Shown piece after piece: positions 48,035 through 57,525 of a stretch of 64,000 nt of DNA. The position numbers and the translations under genes were made by a program. Numbering within the stretch: the stretch's first letter is position 1; each line of letters opens with the position of its first letter. This DNA comes from Acidilobaceae archaeon (GTDB taxonomy: Archaea; Thermoproteota; Thermoprotei_A; Sulfolobales; Acidilobaceae). The stretch lies in contig JALTZJ010000028.1 of NCBI GenBank assembly GCA_027046245.1, positions 1,066-65,065 on the forward strand. Direction: 5' to 3'. The notes under the pieces are model-generated. The model searched no databases. It saw only the letters and a program-made list of their open reading frames with translations, and had not been told where the DNA came from.

Positions 48035-48262
48035 TTACCCCCTTTCTTGAGGCACGTCTAAGTGCCTTAAGCAGGTCCTCCTTGAGAACCCTAGCCCTTT
48101 ATGGTGTGCCTCTCCCCATACAACAATATACACTCTGGGCTCGAGCGCTCGGGAGAGTGTATTTCTGGCTTTTAACCCTAACAACTCTATTTTCCCTCTC
48201 CAATGCCCAACCCAATTACTATATTCTCTCTCAAAGCAGAGAGCGGTCGAATTGAAATACAC
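48035..48262 (-). pseudogene. possible third PIN-fold remnant
   Basis: begins YFNST (compare YVNTN of the intact PIN gene); divergent from helical copy 3; weak. Confidence 0.3.
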
Positions 48263-48438
48263 GCTTTCCTGGGAATGGCTTGAAGTGTATAACCGTATAG
48301 TGGTGGTTGTGGCAGCAGGGTTTAGAGTGTTTGTAGCGAGCGAGGAGGGAAAGCTCTGCAGCGGATGGATGGTTCATAGCCACAGGAATACCTAATAGGA
48401 GAGTTTTGATTGTATGGACATGAGAAAGGGGGAATGCG

Positions 48439-48657
48439 ATGGTCTCTCAGGATGAAATAAGGAGGATTAGGTTAGAGTACATGCGTGAGACCGGTGCCCT
48501 CGATTTCCTAGAGGCAAGATTGGAAGCCATGAGGGCCGGTGTCCCCGAGGAGCTTGTAGCGGAGGTCATAGCAGGGTACTACACGAGGGAGTTGACGCCG
48601 GGAGAAGCCGTAAGAAGATTGAGGGAACTCGCGATAGAACATGGAGGAAGAAGTTGA
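48439..48657 (+). CDS. 72-aa helical protein, copy 3
   Basis: EIRRIR...LEA...VIAGYYTRELTPGEAVRRLREL shares the C-terminal motif of copies 1 and 2. Confidence 0.65.
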   Translation: MVSQDEIRRIRLEYMRETGALDFLEARLEAMRAGVPEELVAEVIAGYYTRELTPGEAVRRLRELAIEHGGRS

Positions 48658-48897
48658 AACCGGGAGATGAGGGCTAGGATTAGTTGCTAGCCTTTTGACC
48701 TTGTCTATTAGGGGTAGTGCCGCGGTGCTGGTTGCGCAGTAATGGGGTGTGTGGCACTTTTAGTTATGTGGCTGCTGGTTGCTGCCGGATTAAAGTGGGC
48801 GGGGTGGGTATCGCCCGGGTGACTGCGCCGCTCCGTGGGGGCGGCGCTCGTGTGATCCCGGGTTTCCGGGCCCCGCTAAAACCTTGGACTCGCTGTA

Positions 48898-50751
48898 TTA
48901 ATGGTCTAGTAGGTGTTTTGCTATGAATTCGAGGGCTTTCGTGTAGGCTTGTAACCTGTTCTCTAGCTTTGCTATCCCGTGTCCCTCGTCATCGAATCTT
49001 AGGTACTCTACTTGTATTCCCCGGCTTCTTAGTTGTTCTACTAGTTGTTCGGCTTCGCTTACCGGTACTCTCGGGTCCCTGGCGCCGTGGATGACTAGTA
49101 GTGGTGCCTTGATTTTGTCGGCGTGTGTTGCTGGGCTTAGCTTCAGCATTATCTCCCCGTGCTTGTCGGGGTCCCCGTATTCTGTGATTCTGTATCGCCT
49201 CCTGTAGGGGCTCGTGTTTCTTATGAATGTTACTAGGTTGAATATGCCTACGATTTCTACTCCGCAGCGCCATAGCTCGGGGTTTACTGCTAGGGTCATG
49301 AGGGTGAGGTAGCCGCCATAGCTGCCGCCCATGGCGCAGAGGCGCTGGGGGTCTACTAGGCCTTTTTCTGCTAGGCTCTTCACGGCTTCAGCTACGTCCC
49401 TCACGGCGTCCATTCTCTTCTCAACGTCGTCTAGGTGGGTGAAGGTCTTGCCGTAGCCCGTGGAGCCCCTGAAGTTTGGCGCCGCCACGGCTATGCCGAG
49501 GGAGAGGATGGCCTGTACTACGGGGTTGAAGGCTGGCCGTGCCTGGCTCTCGGGGCCTCCGTGGAGCCATATCACTGCTGGCGGCGGCTCCTTTGCGGGC
49601 CTCCGCGGCTTGTAGTAGAGCATGTGGATCTCGAGTCCGTCGAAGCTCCTATAGTGGAAGTCCGTGGGCTCCACGAACTCCCCTTCTAGGCCGAGCTTGG
49701 GGCTCCAGGTGATCCGCTCCAGGCTCCCCCTCCCCAGTAAATATACATCCGTTCCTAGGGCTGCGCTGGAGGCGCTCACAACAGCGTGGCTCCCGGGGTA
49801 GGCCTCGATCCTAGACACAACCCAGCCGAGCTCGAGAGAGCCCGTGGGCCTCCAGGAGGGCTTACCGGTCTCGAAGGATAAAGGCCCCCACGCTACCAGG
49901 CTCCTCCCCCGCTTGTTGAAGGAGGCGTAGAGCACGTTGCCGCTCAACGCTAGGGCTTCCAGGTCCATGCCGGGATCGTAGAGGGTGAAGCGCTCCCCGG
50001 TCTCCACGTTCAATGCACGCAGTGATGCAAACTCGGAGCCTTCATTGCTCGAGTAGAGCAGCCAGCCCCCGCCTACGTATACGGGGGAGCCGTTGGCTGC
50101 CTCGCCTCGGTGCTCGGTCAGAGGCTCTACTCTGCCCCGTTCAGGGTCGACGAGGTACAGGTCGCTGTCCAGGTTAGTGTTCCTGTGGATCACAACTACC
50201 TTGTCATCAATCCACTCGCCAGCTACGTTTATCCCCTCAAGCCTTGCAGCCAGGACAGGCTCACTATCCCCCTTGTAAAGGTATAGGTCGAAATCGACGC
50301 CATTCCTCTTGTTACCTGTGAAGGCTAGAACCCCAAGGGGCGAGACGGGGCCCAAGAGGTTCATGCTGCCATCCTCGCCGGCTACCTTAACGGCTTCAAG
50401 ACCCTTTACCTCGTAGATGGCCCAGCGCTCGTCCCCCTCGAAGTCGCTGGCAATGAAGAGCCTTCCACTCCCGGAGGAGAGGCCGCCTACCCTGCGCCTC
50501 CAGGGCAATAGGAGGTCGTGCCGCCAGCCCCCCTCGCCCTGCCTAGCCCGCCAGGGCAGGGGGATGCCAGTAACATTGCTAATATATATTATATCCCTGT
50601 CGAGGGCTACAGCTCCCCACGACTCCCTCACGCTTAGAAACGCATCTACGAGCCTGCGAAGCCTCGTCTTGCTCATAGCCCTGTCGACCCCGCTTGAAGG
50701 CGCTTCCTCATGCTTATCACTCTCAGGGGAGAGGTTTTCTCTGAACACCAT
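48898..50751 (-). CDS. S9 family peptidase (prolyl oligopeptidase/acylaminoacyl peptidase)
   Basis: LHGGPE, GGSYGG, DPRVP, DEGHG; start probably ATG at 50676. Confidence 0.93.
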   Translation of the reverse strand: MVFRENLSPESDKHEEAPSSGVDRAMSKTRLRRLVDAFLSVRESWGAVALDRDIIYISNVTGIPLPWRARQGEGGWRHDLLLPWRRRVGGLSSGSGRLFIASDFEGDERWAIYEVKGLEAVKVAGEDGSMNLLGPVSPLGVLAFTGNKRNGVDFDLYLYKGDSEPVLAARLEGINVAGEWIDDKVVVIHRNTNLDSDLYLVDPERGRVEPLTEHRGEAANGSPVYVGGGWLLYSSNEGSEFASLRALNVETGERFTLYDPGMDLEALALSGNVLYASFNKRGRSLVAWGPLSFETGKPSWRPTGSLELGWVVSRIEAYPGSHAVVSASSAALGTDVYLLGRGSLERITWSPKLGLEGEFVEPTDFHYRSFDGLEIHMLYYKPRRPAKEPPPAVIWLHGGPESQARPAFNPVVQAILSLGIAVAAPNFRGSTGYGKTFTHLDDVEKRMDAVRDVAEAVKSLAEKGLVDPQRLCAMGGSYGGYLTLMTLAVNPELWRCGVEIVGIFNLVTFIRNTSPYRRRYRITEYGDPDKHGEIMLKLSPATHADKIKAPLLVIHGARDPRVPVSEAEQLVEQLRSRGIQVEYLRFDDEGHGIAKLENRLQAYTKALEFIAKHLLDH

Positions 50752-50812
50752 TCGTGTTTAACACTGTTTAATATCCCGGCTCCGTTTATTTCCATATTGG
50801 TGGATTTGCTTC

Positions 50813-52429
50813 ATGGGGGGCGGCTGCCGGGAGAGGGTGCTCGTCGTAGCTACTCCTGGGGCTCCAGCCAGGGGCGGCCCCTGCACTGATGTCTACCTCC
50901 TAAGGCTCGGCGGCCTAGAAGGCCTTAGGGAAGCCCTCTCCCGGAGCCGCCCCAGCAGGGTCCTAGTAGTAGCAGACCCTTCAAGGCCCGAGGCAGCGGT
51001 GTACGCGGCGGCCGCCGTGAAAGCCCTGGGGCATGGCAAGGTAGAGGTGGAGGCCTCCTACCCCGGGCTGGGGGATAGGATAGTAGAGGCTGCTGATAGG
51101 GTAGTCGAGAAGCTAGACGGCTCCCCCCTCAGGGAAGAAACCCTTCTCAGGCTTGCAGCGGAGGCTTCAGCAAGCCTTGAGAGCCGCTGGGAGGCGCTAG
51201 CGGAGGCCCTCTACACCGGCAGGCTAGCACCCATAGCTAGCATGGCCACCCTGATAACAGTGCTCTTCGCGGTCTTCAGTGTATCCACCGGGTTCCCCCT
51301 GGACTTCGTGCTTGCAGGCCTGGGATTCCCCAGAGCAGCAGAGCTAGTCGCGGGCCTAGCACCCTCCAACCTTATAGCTTCGCTATTCGACGAGGCCCGC
51401 ATCATAGTAGAAGCTCTACTACCCGGAGCCCTGGGAAGCGTTGCCGCTGCCGTCGTAAACGGGGTAGGGGTAGTTGCTAGCCTCGCACCAGTAGTCGCCC
51501 TAACAGTGCTAGCAGTAGCAGCGCTGCAGGACTCCGGCTTGATGGCTAGGCTAGCCCTAGGCCTTAGACCCCTAACAGCACCCCTAGGCCTTCCCTCCCA
51601 GGCACTCTACCCGCTACTAGTGGCTACGGGATGCAACGTGCCGGCTATCATGACTGCCGAGAGGCTGGGCGATGGGAAGCTGCTAAACGCTGTAGCCCTT
51701 GCAGCCCCCCTGGTGCCTTGCAGCGCCAGACTCGCAGTGATAGCAGCCTTCAGCTTCGCCCTCTTCTCTAACCCCCTACTACAGGCTGTAGCAGCTGCCA
51801 GCGTGTATGCAGTATCGATAATATTAGCGGCCACGGTAGCCGGGGCGGCGTACAGGATACAGGGGGGCAGGGAGCCCCCAAGGCTAGCTATAGACCTCCC
51901 ACCCCTCAGAAGGCCCCGCTTATCCCCGGTACTAGATGCCGCAATAGACGCTGTAAAGGAGTTCTCAGCCAAGATCGCAGGCCCGATAGTAGCCGCGGCA
52001 GCCCTGATATGGCTGGCCACTAGCCCCGAGGCCCCAGAGGCTACGAGGCTCCTAGGGGAGGCCGTAGCAGGCGTTGTAGCTCCTATCTTCACATTGATAG
52101 GCATCGAGGGGTGGCCGGCCCAGGTACTAGCCCTGGCAGCTATCGCAGGCGCGGCAGCTAAAGAGATAGTGCTTGAAGCCATAGCAGTCCAGGCGGGCAC
52201 ACCGCACCCCTGGGAAGCGGTGGCGGCCCTGGGCCTCAACCAGGCACAGGCATACGCAGCCCTCCTCTTCTACACCCTCTACGCGCCCTGCATCGCGACA
52301 GCAGCAGCCATACTGGGCGCCACGAGGAGCCCCAAGCTCCTCGCTGCTAGCTACGCATTGAGCATAGCTGTAGCGGTAGCCGCGATGACACTTGCATACA
52401 AGCTAGCAGAGGTGATTGGGGTTGCCTAG
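50813..52429 (+). CDS. FeoB-like membrane protein without recognisable GTPase motifs
   Basis: DSGLMAR, GCNVPAIM, PCSARL, AKEIV and LYAPCIAT FeoB gate/core motifs. Confidence 0.8.
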   Translation: MGGGCRERVLVVATPGAPARGGPCTDVYLLRLGGLEGLREALSRSRPSRVLVVADPSRPEAAVYAAAAVKALGHGKVEVEASYPGLGDRIVEAADRVVEKLDGSPLREETLLRLAAEASASLESRWEALAEALYTGRLAPIASMATLITVLFAVFSVSTGFPLDFVLAGLGFPRAAELVAGLAPSNLIASLFDEARIIVEALLPGALGSVAAAVVNGVGVVASLAPVVALTVLAVAALQDSGLMARLALGLRPLTAPLGLPSQALYPLLVATGCNVPAIMTAERLGDGKLLNAVALAAPLVPCSARLAVIAAFSFALFSNPLLQAVAAASVYAVSIILAATVAGAAYRIQGGREPPRLAIDLPPLRRPRLSPVLDAAIDAVKEFSAKIAGPIVAAAALIWLATSPEAPEATRLLGEAVAGVVAPIFTLIGIEGWPAQVLALAAIAGAAAKEIVLEAIAVQAGTPHPWEAVAALGLNQAQAYAALLFYTLYAPCIATAAAILGATRSPKLLAASYALSIAVAVAAMTLAYKLAEVIGVA

Positions 52430-52601
52430 CTCTAGGGAGAGGAGGCTCCAGAGACTACTAGAGGCTCTAGAGACGGGCGAAGTACTGGAGGTCCAGGCAT
52501 GCGACTTGAACTGCCCCGTCTGCCCCCTGAGAAGCGTTTGCCCCCTCTCAGGGGCTTCACTCCAAGGGGGAGGGGTCAGGCTCAGGCTCCTTAGAGGCTA
52601 G
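52416..52601 (+). CDS. small Cys-rich FeoC-like protein
   Basis: CDLNCPVCPLRSVC; overlaps the FeoB-like stop. Confidence 0.6.
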   Translation: MGLPSSRERRLQRLLEALETGEVLEVQACDLNCPVCPLRSVCPLSGASLQGGGVRLRLLRG

Positions 52602-53263
52602 AAGGGGAGTAGCCGGCGGCGGAGCCAGGTAGCAGCTAGTATGTCAAGGGCGAAGAGGGCCAGCATGAGGCCTACCACGGCGAGGAGGAGCCTCTGCAGC
52701 CAGGCAATCCCCGCAGCTAAGCCTCCGAGGCCGGCTAGCAGGGCGAGCCAAGCGTAGTCCATCCACACGTGGCTAGCATACATAGCTGCGAAGCCCCTCG
52801 CACCCAGAGAGCTGCTGTCACGAATCAACGGGTAGCCCACTGTGAGCCACCAGAGCAGGAAGTAGGCGTTAAACCCCGTGAGTACGACTCCCACTATAAA
52901 GGCCTGGGCCAAGGAGCCAACAGCCATGCCCCCAGCAGCATCGCCGCCTCCGCGGAACGCCGCCTCAAGAGTTAGGAACGCAAACCATAATATGAAGGCC
53001 GCCACAAAAGTGTTCAACGGCTTCTCAAGCCGCCTCAAGAACGGCTCGACCCTCGAAGCAGCAACCCATAGAAGGGCTACGTATGGCAGCTCGAAGGCCA
53101 TATGGCCCAGCGCTATGGCCAAGCCTCCAGCAACGCCGAGGGAGGCACCAGCTACTATGGCACTGGCACTCAGAGGCCCGGGACTCAGAGCGCCACTCGG
53201 AGTAATAGCGAGGGTCTTCAAAATCAGTGGTTTCAAGCTCCTAGTAAGGCCTCCGCCGGCCAA
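52598..53263 (-). CDS. LysE family translocator
   Basis: SGALSPGPL, GH..FELP, NAYFLLWWLTVG. Confidence 0.85.
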   Translation of the reverse strand: MAGGGLTRSLKPLILKTLAITPSGALSPGPLSASAIVAGASLGVAGGLAIALGHMAFELPYVALLWVAASRVEPFLRRLEKPLNTFVAAFILWFAFLTLEAAFRGGGDAAGGMAVGSLAQAFIVGVVLTGFNAYFLLWWLTVGYPLIRDSSSLGARGFAAMYASHVWMDYAWLALLAGLGGLAAGIAWLQRLLLAVVGLMLALFALDILAATWLRRRLLPF

Positions 53264-53379
53264 CGCCCGCTCCAGCCCCAGGATACCTAAGGGATCTAGC
53301 CCGCACTAGCATTTAAACGGTGAAATCAGTGGTTTCGGCTCTTACCCTTTGCATGGGAGAGAAGGGAGGGAAGAACGGG

Positions 53380-53577
53380 CTAGAGGGTCTCCCCTAGGCT
53401 CCTCTTGATCCTCCTAACCCACTCCTGCCTGTCGGGCCTCCTCCTCAGCTTCACGTAGTTCTTGAAACACTTGCTGCTACAGAACCATAGTATCTGGCCG
53501 TTCCTGAGTACGTACATGAGCCCGGTGCCGGGCTCTATCATGCGCCCGCAGAAGCTACACGACTTAAACTTCGGCAT
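53380..53577 (-). CDS. rpl24e: 50S ribosomal protein L24e
   Basis: CSFCG..IEPGTG..FCSSKC. Confidence 0.96.
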   Translation of the reverse strand: MPKFKSCSFCGRMIEPGTGLMYVLRNGQILWFCSSKCFKNYVKLRRRPDRQEWVRRIKRSLGETL

Positions 53578-53684
53578 CCCATCTCTTCACCTCTCCCCGA
53601 CGAGGAACCCGGGGGAGGGCCAGCCTTTAATACTCTTAGCCCCCTCAGAGATGGGCGCAGGGGAAGTGGAGGGCGGTGCAGGCC

Positions 53685-53960
53685 TTGGCCGATGAGAAGC
53701 GGCGCGATGAGGAGTGCATCACGGCGGTGAGCCCGGTCAAGAACATAATAGAGGAGATAGGCTTCCCGGCAGAGGTAATACAGATCATAGGCCGCACCGG
53801 CGTCACTGGAGAGGTCACACAGGTCAGAGTAAGGATACTAGAGGGCCGCGACAAAGGCAGAATACTCACCAGGAACGTCATAGGCGCCGTTAGGAAGGGC
53901 GACATACTCGTACTGAGAGAGACCGAGAGGGAGGCGAGGAAGCTCAGCGGCAGAAGGTAG
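53685..53960 (+). CDS. rps28e: 30S ribosomal protein S28e
   Basis: [37 protein letters not shown]; TTG at 53685 preferred. Confidence 0.95.
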   Translation: MADEKRRDEECITAVSPVKNIIEEIGFPAEVIQIIGRTGVTGEVTQVRVRILEGRDKGRILTRNVIGAVRKGDILVLRETEREARKLSGRR

Positions 53961-54101
53961 AGAAGAGGGAGGCTCTGCACGGGATAAAGGACTATCTTAC
54001 AATTTACCTTCACCCTGTTGCGCCTCTAGGAGGGATTCACCGCTCCCCTCCGGGAGCCGGGTTTTGGTTTTCCTCTTGCGTGTCTGCTTGAGGAGGGATG
54101 C

Positions 54102-55327
54102 GTGCTAATGGGCTTTGACGAGGTTATCCGTGAGGTTCTAAGTGTTCTCGGCGATGAGGAGTTCCAGGAGGCTCTACGTAGGGCATCGGAGAATAATTTC
54201 AGGAAGGTTAACGAGGTTCTTCGCCGCTATCCCGGGCTTGTTGAGAGGGCTAGGAGGGTCGCGAGGGTTAAGAGGGAAGTGGTGTCTAGGCTGCCCGAGC
54301 TCGTGGAGGAGGCTATGAGGGCTGTCGAGGCTGGCGGTGGCAGGGCTTATCTTGCTCGTACTGGTGAGGAGGCGCGCGAGATCGTGGGTAGCATTGTTGG
54401 GTCTGGCAAGATAGTAGTGATGAGTAAGAGTATGGCTGCCGAGGAGGCCGGCATCAGGGAGTATCTAGAGTCTCTGGGTAACGAGGTGTGGGAGACCGAC
54501 CTCGGCCAGCTCCTGGTGCAGCTGGAGGCTGGCAGGCCTATGCACACGATAGCTCCTGCCGTGCATATGACTAGGGAGAGTGCTGCTAGGCTTGTAAGGG
54601 AGAAGCTGGGAGTCGAGGTCTCCGGCGAGAGTATCGAGGAGATAGTCGCTGCTGCACGCTCCTTCCTGCGGGACAAGTTCTTCAGGGCCCACGTGGGCAT
54701 AACGGGTGCTAATGCCGTGGCAGCGGATACTGGGGGCCTTGTCCTGGTGGAGAATGAGGGTAACATAAGACTGGTCTCCTCAGCGCCTCCCGTGCACATA
54801 GCGGTAGTACCTGTTGATAAGGTTGTGCCTAGCCTTGACGACGCGTTCAGCGTTGCACTAGTTCAGGCGGCCTTCGCGGGCCTCTACCCGCCCACCTATA
54901 TAAGCGTGATCCACGGGCCCAGCAGCACCGGGGACATAGAGCAGGTTAGAGTTAGGGGGGCCCACGGGCCGAGGGAGCTCCACGTGGTGTTCCTGGATAA
55001 CGGTAGGTTCGAGGCGGCTGGCCACCCTTTCTGGCAGAGCAGCTGAGGTGCGTCCGCTGCGGCCGCTGCCAGTTCGAGTGCCCCGTGTTCCAGGCCGCGG
55101 CAAACAAGTGGGGAGGCCCCGTCTACGGGGGCCCCATGGGCGTGATATGGACCGCGATAACCTATAGCTTGGAGGAGGCGGCGGAGCTGTCGTTCCTATG
55201 CATAGGCTGCGGGGCCTGCGATGAGGTCTGCCCAGTCGAGATACCCCTGAGCGGTATACTCTGGAGGCTGAAGACCCTCGCCGCAGGCAAGGAGGGGGCG
55301 CCAGGGCGGCGCGGAGGGGACACTTAA
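54102..55327 (+). CDS. lutB: LutB/LldF-like lactate utilisation Fe-S protein interrupted by a -1 frameshift at about 55030
   Basis: KSM, ETDLG, ENEGN LUD domain; the -1 frame continues LAEQLRCVRCGRCQFECPV..CIGCGACDEVCPV. Confidence 0.85.
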
Positions 55328-55398
55328 ATAAGGTTTGAAGGTGCACCACTCAAGGCCAAGGCCCGCCGGGTTAGGGCTGTGGAGGTGGCCTATCCCCC

Positions 55399-55959
55399 TT
55401 GTACGCGATCTACGAGGTAGAGGAGTGGGTGGGAGTCCCCCCCGACAGGGTCTACCGAGAGGATGTCGACCTCGATAGGGAGGTATTAGAGCTGTTGAGG
55501 GCAGCCCTCGAGGCCAAGTATGTTGAAGGGGTTGGCTTCATAGTAGCAGTGCTCGATGCTAGAGTGGTGGGCGACGGGATAGTGATAAGCCTGGGTAACG
55601 ACCCCAACATATACTATCCCGTGAAGTATAGGGTGTTGAGCTTCGAGCCCTTCAGGGGGGAGATAGTGAAGGGCGTGGTTACAAGGGTCGATAGGGCTAG
55701 TCTCACCGTGAACATAGGCCCCATGGATGGCAGGGTCCCCAGGGATCATATAATGGATGAGTACGTGGAGATCATGCCTGGCATTGCCAAGGGCACGTCG
55801 AGCGGCAGGGAAGTGAGGGAGGGGGACGTTGTGAGGGCGAGGGTTATGCACGTCTCGCGGCCCGGCAGGCACTCAAGCTTCATAATGGTCACCCTCACAA
55901 TGAAGCAGCCCTACCTAGGCAAGGAGGAGTGGGTGGAGGCACAGGCCGCTCAGGGGTGA
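55399..55959 (+). CDS. rpo7: RNA polymerase subunit Rpo7 (RpoE')
   Basis: S1 domain, GPMDG, GDVVRAR, LTMKQPYLGK. Confidence 0.92.
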   Translation: MYAIYEVEEWVGVPPDRVYREDVDLDREVLELLRAALEAKYVEGVGFIVAVLDARVVGDGIVISLGNDPNIYYPVKYRVLSFEPFRGEIVKGVVTRVDRASLTVNIGPMDGRVPRDHIMDEYVEIMPGIAKGTSSGREVREGDVVRARVMHVSRPGRHSSFIMVTLTMKQPYLGKEEWVEAQAAQG

Positions 55960-55966
55960 GTAAGCG

Positions 55967-56206
55967 GTGAGCACGAGGGTGAGGAGGCCGACGAGGCTGC
56001 CGCCCCTGAAGGCGTGCAGGCAGTGCGGCGCCCTAGTCCCGAGGGACTCCAAGGTGTGCCCCTACTGTAAGTCGAGCGAGTTCACGGATAGCTGGGAGGG
56101 CATGATAATAATAGTGGATCCTGAGTCTAGCCAGCTGGCAAAGGAGCTCGGCTTCGACAAGAGAGTAGTGAAGGCGATCATAGTGGCTAGGAAGGTGATG
56201 GTTTGA
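55967..56206 (+). CDS. spt4: transcription elongation factor Spt4 (RpoE'')
   Basis: KACRQC..CPYC..WEGMIIIVDPESS. Confidence 0.93.
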   Translation: MSTRVRRPTRLPPLKACRQCGALVPRDSKVCPYCKSSEFTDSWEGMIIIVDPESSQLAKELGFDKRVVKAIIVARKVMV

Positions 56207-56712
56207 ACCTAGCCCTCCCCCGATTCCTTGCACGCGACCTCGCAGCAGCCCGGGGGAGGGTCTACCCGGGCCCCAGCCTCCTAGAAGCGCTGAAGAGCAG
56301 GGACGCCCTAGTCTGCGTGGGCGACGTAGTTACCAGGTATTGCATTGAAGCCGGGCCGCCGAGGCTCCTAGCAGTAGTCGACGGGGCCACCAGGAGGGAG
56401 CCCGGCCTGCAGCCGCCCCGAGGGGCCTGGGACCTGGTGGTCCGCCTAGCTAACCCGCGAGGCACTATAAGCTCGGAGGCCCGTAGCGCTGTCTGCAGGC
56501 TTTCGGCGAGCCTAGAGGGGTGGAGGCTCGTACTAGTTGATGGAGAAGAGGATCTACTCGCCCTACCCGCTATAGAGTGCTCCGACGCCCCCGTAGTCTA
56601 CGGCCTACCAGGTGTGGGGGGAGTAGTAGTGGAGCCCAGCCCCCAGGCGAGGCTCCTGGCCTCGATGTGGCTAGCCCAGATGACGCTGCTAACACTTAAA
56701 GGTCGGGGTTAA
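56203..56712 (+). CDS. GTP-dependent dephospho-CoA kinase (DUF359)
   Basis: VGDVVT, VDGATRR, NPRGTI, VDGEEDLLALP, YGLPGVG; conserved position after spt4. Confidence 0.85.
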   Translation: MNLALPRFLARDLAAARGRVYPGPSLLEALKSRDALVCVGDVVTRYCIEAGPPRLLAVVDGATRREPGLQPPRGAWDLVVRLANPRGTISSEARSAVCRLSASLEGWRLVLVDGEEDLLALPAIECSDAPVVYGLPGVGGVVVEPSPQARLLASMWLAQMTLLTLKGRG

Positions 56713-56737
56713 CCGGGCTATGGATGGGTGCTGAGGT

Positions 56738-57085
56738 TTGTCCCTGGTGGGCGCTAGTAAGAAGATAGACCTCGGCGATGAGGGCTGGGCGGAGATCGTG
56801 CGTGACGTCGAGAACCCGTTGATAGGCCGGAGAGAGGTGGTAATGGTTATCAATCACCAGGGCAGGTCGACGCCCATGAGGATAACACTTAGGATGACGC
56901 TAGCAGAGAAGTTCGGGGTAGACGTGAAGAGGCTATACATAAGGAACATCCACACAGAGTACGGGATAGGCAGGAGCACGGTGAGAGTACACATATACAG
57001 GGATGTAGAGAGGGCGCTACAGTTCGAGCCGAAGCACGTAATAGAGAGGAACGGCGGAGTAGATCCCTTCGAGGAGGAGGCATAA
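56738..57085 (+). CDS. rps24e: 30S ribosomal protein S24e
   Basis: [22 protein letters not shown]. Confidence 0.93.
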   Translation: MSLVGASKKIDLGDEGWAEIVRDVENPLIGRREVVMVINHQGRSTPMRITLRMTLAEKFGVDVKRLYIRNIHTEYGIGRSTVRVHIYRDVERALQFEPKHVIERNGGVDPFEEEA

Positions 57086-57107
57086 GCCCTGGGAGGTGTA
57101 ACGGGGG

Positions 57108-57293
57108 ATGGCGAAGGAGATCAAAACCTACATACACAAGCTATACGAGTACGACTATAAGACCAGGTTCATAAGGCTAAAGAACAAGAAGTGCCCCCGC
57201 TGCGGCAGCATAATGGCTCACCACAAGAAGCCGGTGGAGCGCTGGCACTGCGGCAAATGCGGCTACACAGAGTTCGTAGCCCCCAAGAAGTAA
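57108..57293 (+). CDS. rps27ae: 30S ribosomal protein S27ae
   Basis: [21 protein letters not shown]. Confidence 0.95.
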   Translation: MAKEIKTYIHKLYEYDYKTRFIRLKNKKCPRCGSIMAHHKKPVERWHCGKCGYTEFVAPKK

Positions 57294-57354
57294 AAGGCGG
57301 GAAGCCGGCAGGGGGATCCCCGTTCCACGGTTACCAAGAATCGGTGGAAGCCTC

Positions 57355-57405
57355 TCTTGGATGAGGCTACCCGGCCGGAGCAGGGGCTCATTCGTCCCCG
57401 AGTTC
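57355..57405 (+). ncRNA. candidate C/D box guide sRNA
   Basis: GGATGA (C), 11 nt, CGGA (D'), degenerate C', 11 nt, CCGA (D) in an intergenic gap. Confidence 0.3.
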
Positions 57406-57525
57406 TTTAGCGTCTAACAGGGCCCTCCCCGGGGCTCCTCTCTAGAGGGGGTAGATGGCTTCAAGGCTCAGGGAGCTATTCATTAATGGCTTCTATAGGT
57501 GAGGAGTGGGGGTGCGATTTGGGGG

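Noticed and set aside
48717-48926. 69-aa plus-strand ORF
   Set aside because: Lies in a G/T-skewed intergenic tract, has no motif and overlaps the peptidase end
53688-53733. GATGA...ATGA...GTGA resembling a C/D box sRNA
   Set aside because: Better explained as the N-terminal coding sequence of S28e (TTG at 53685 after a GGTG RBS)
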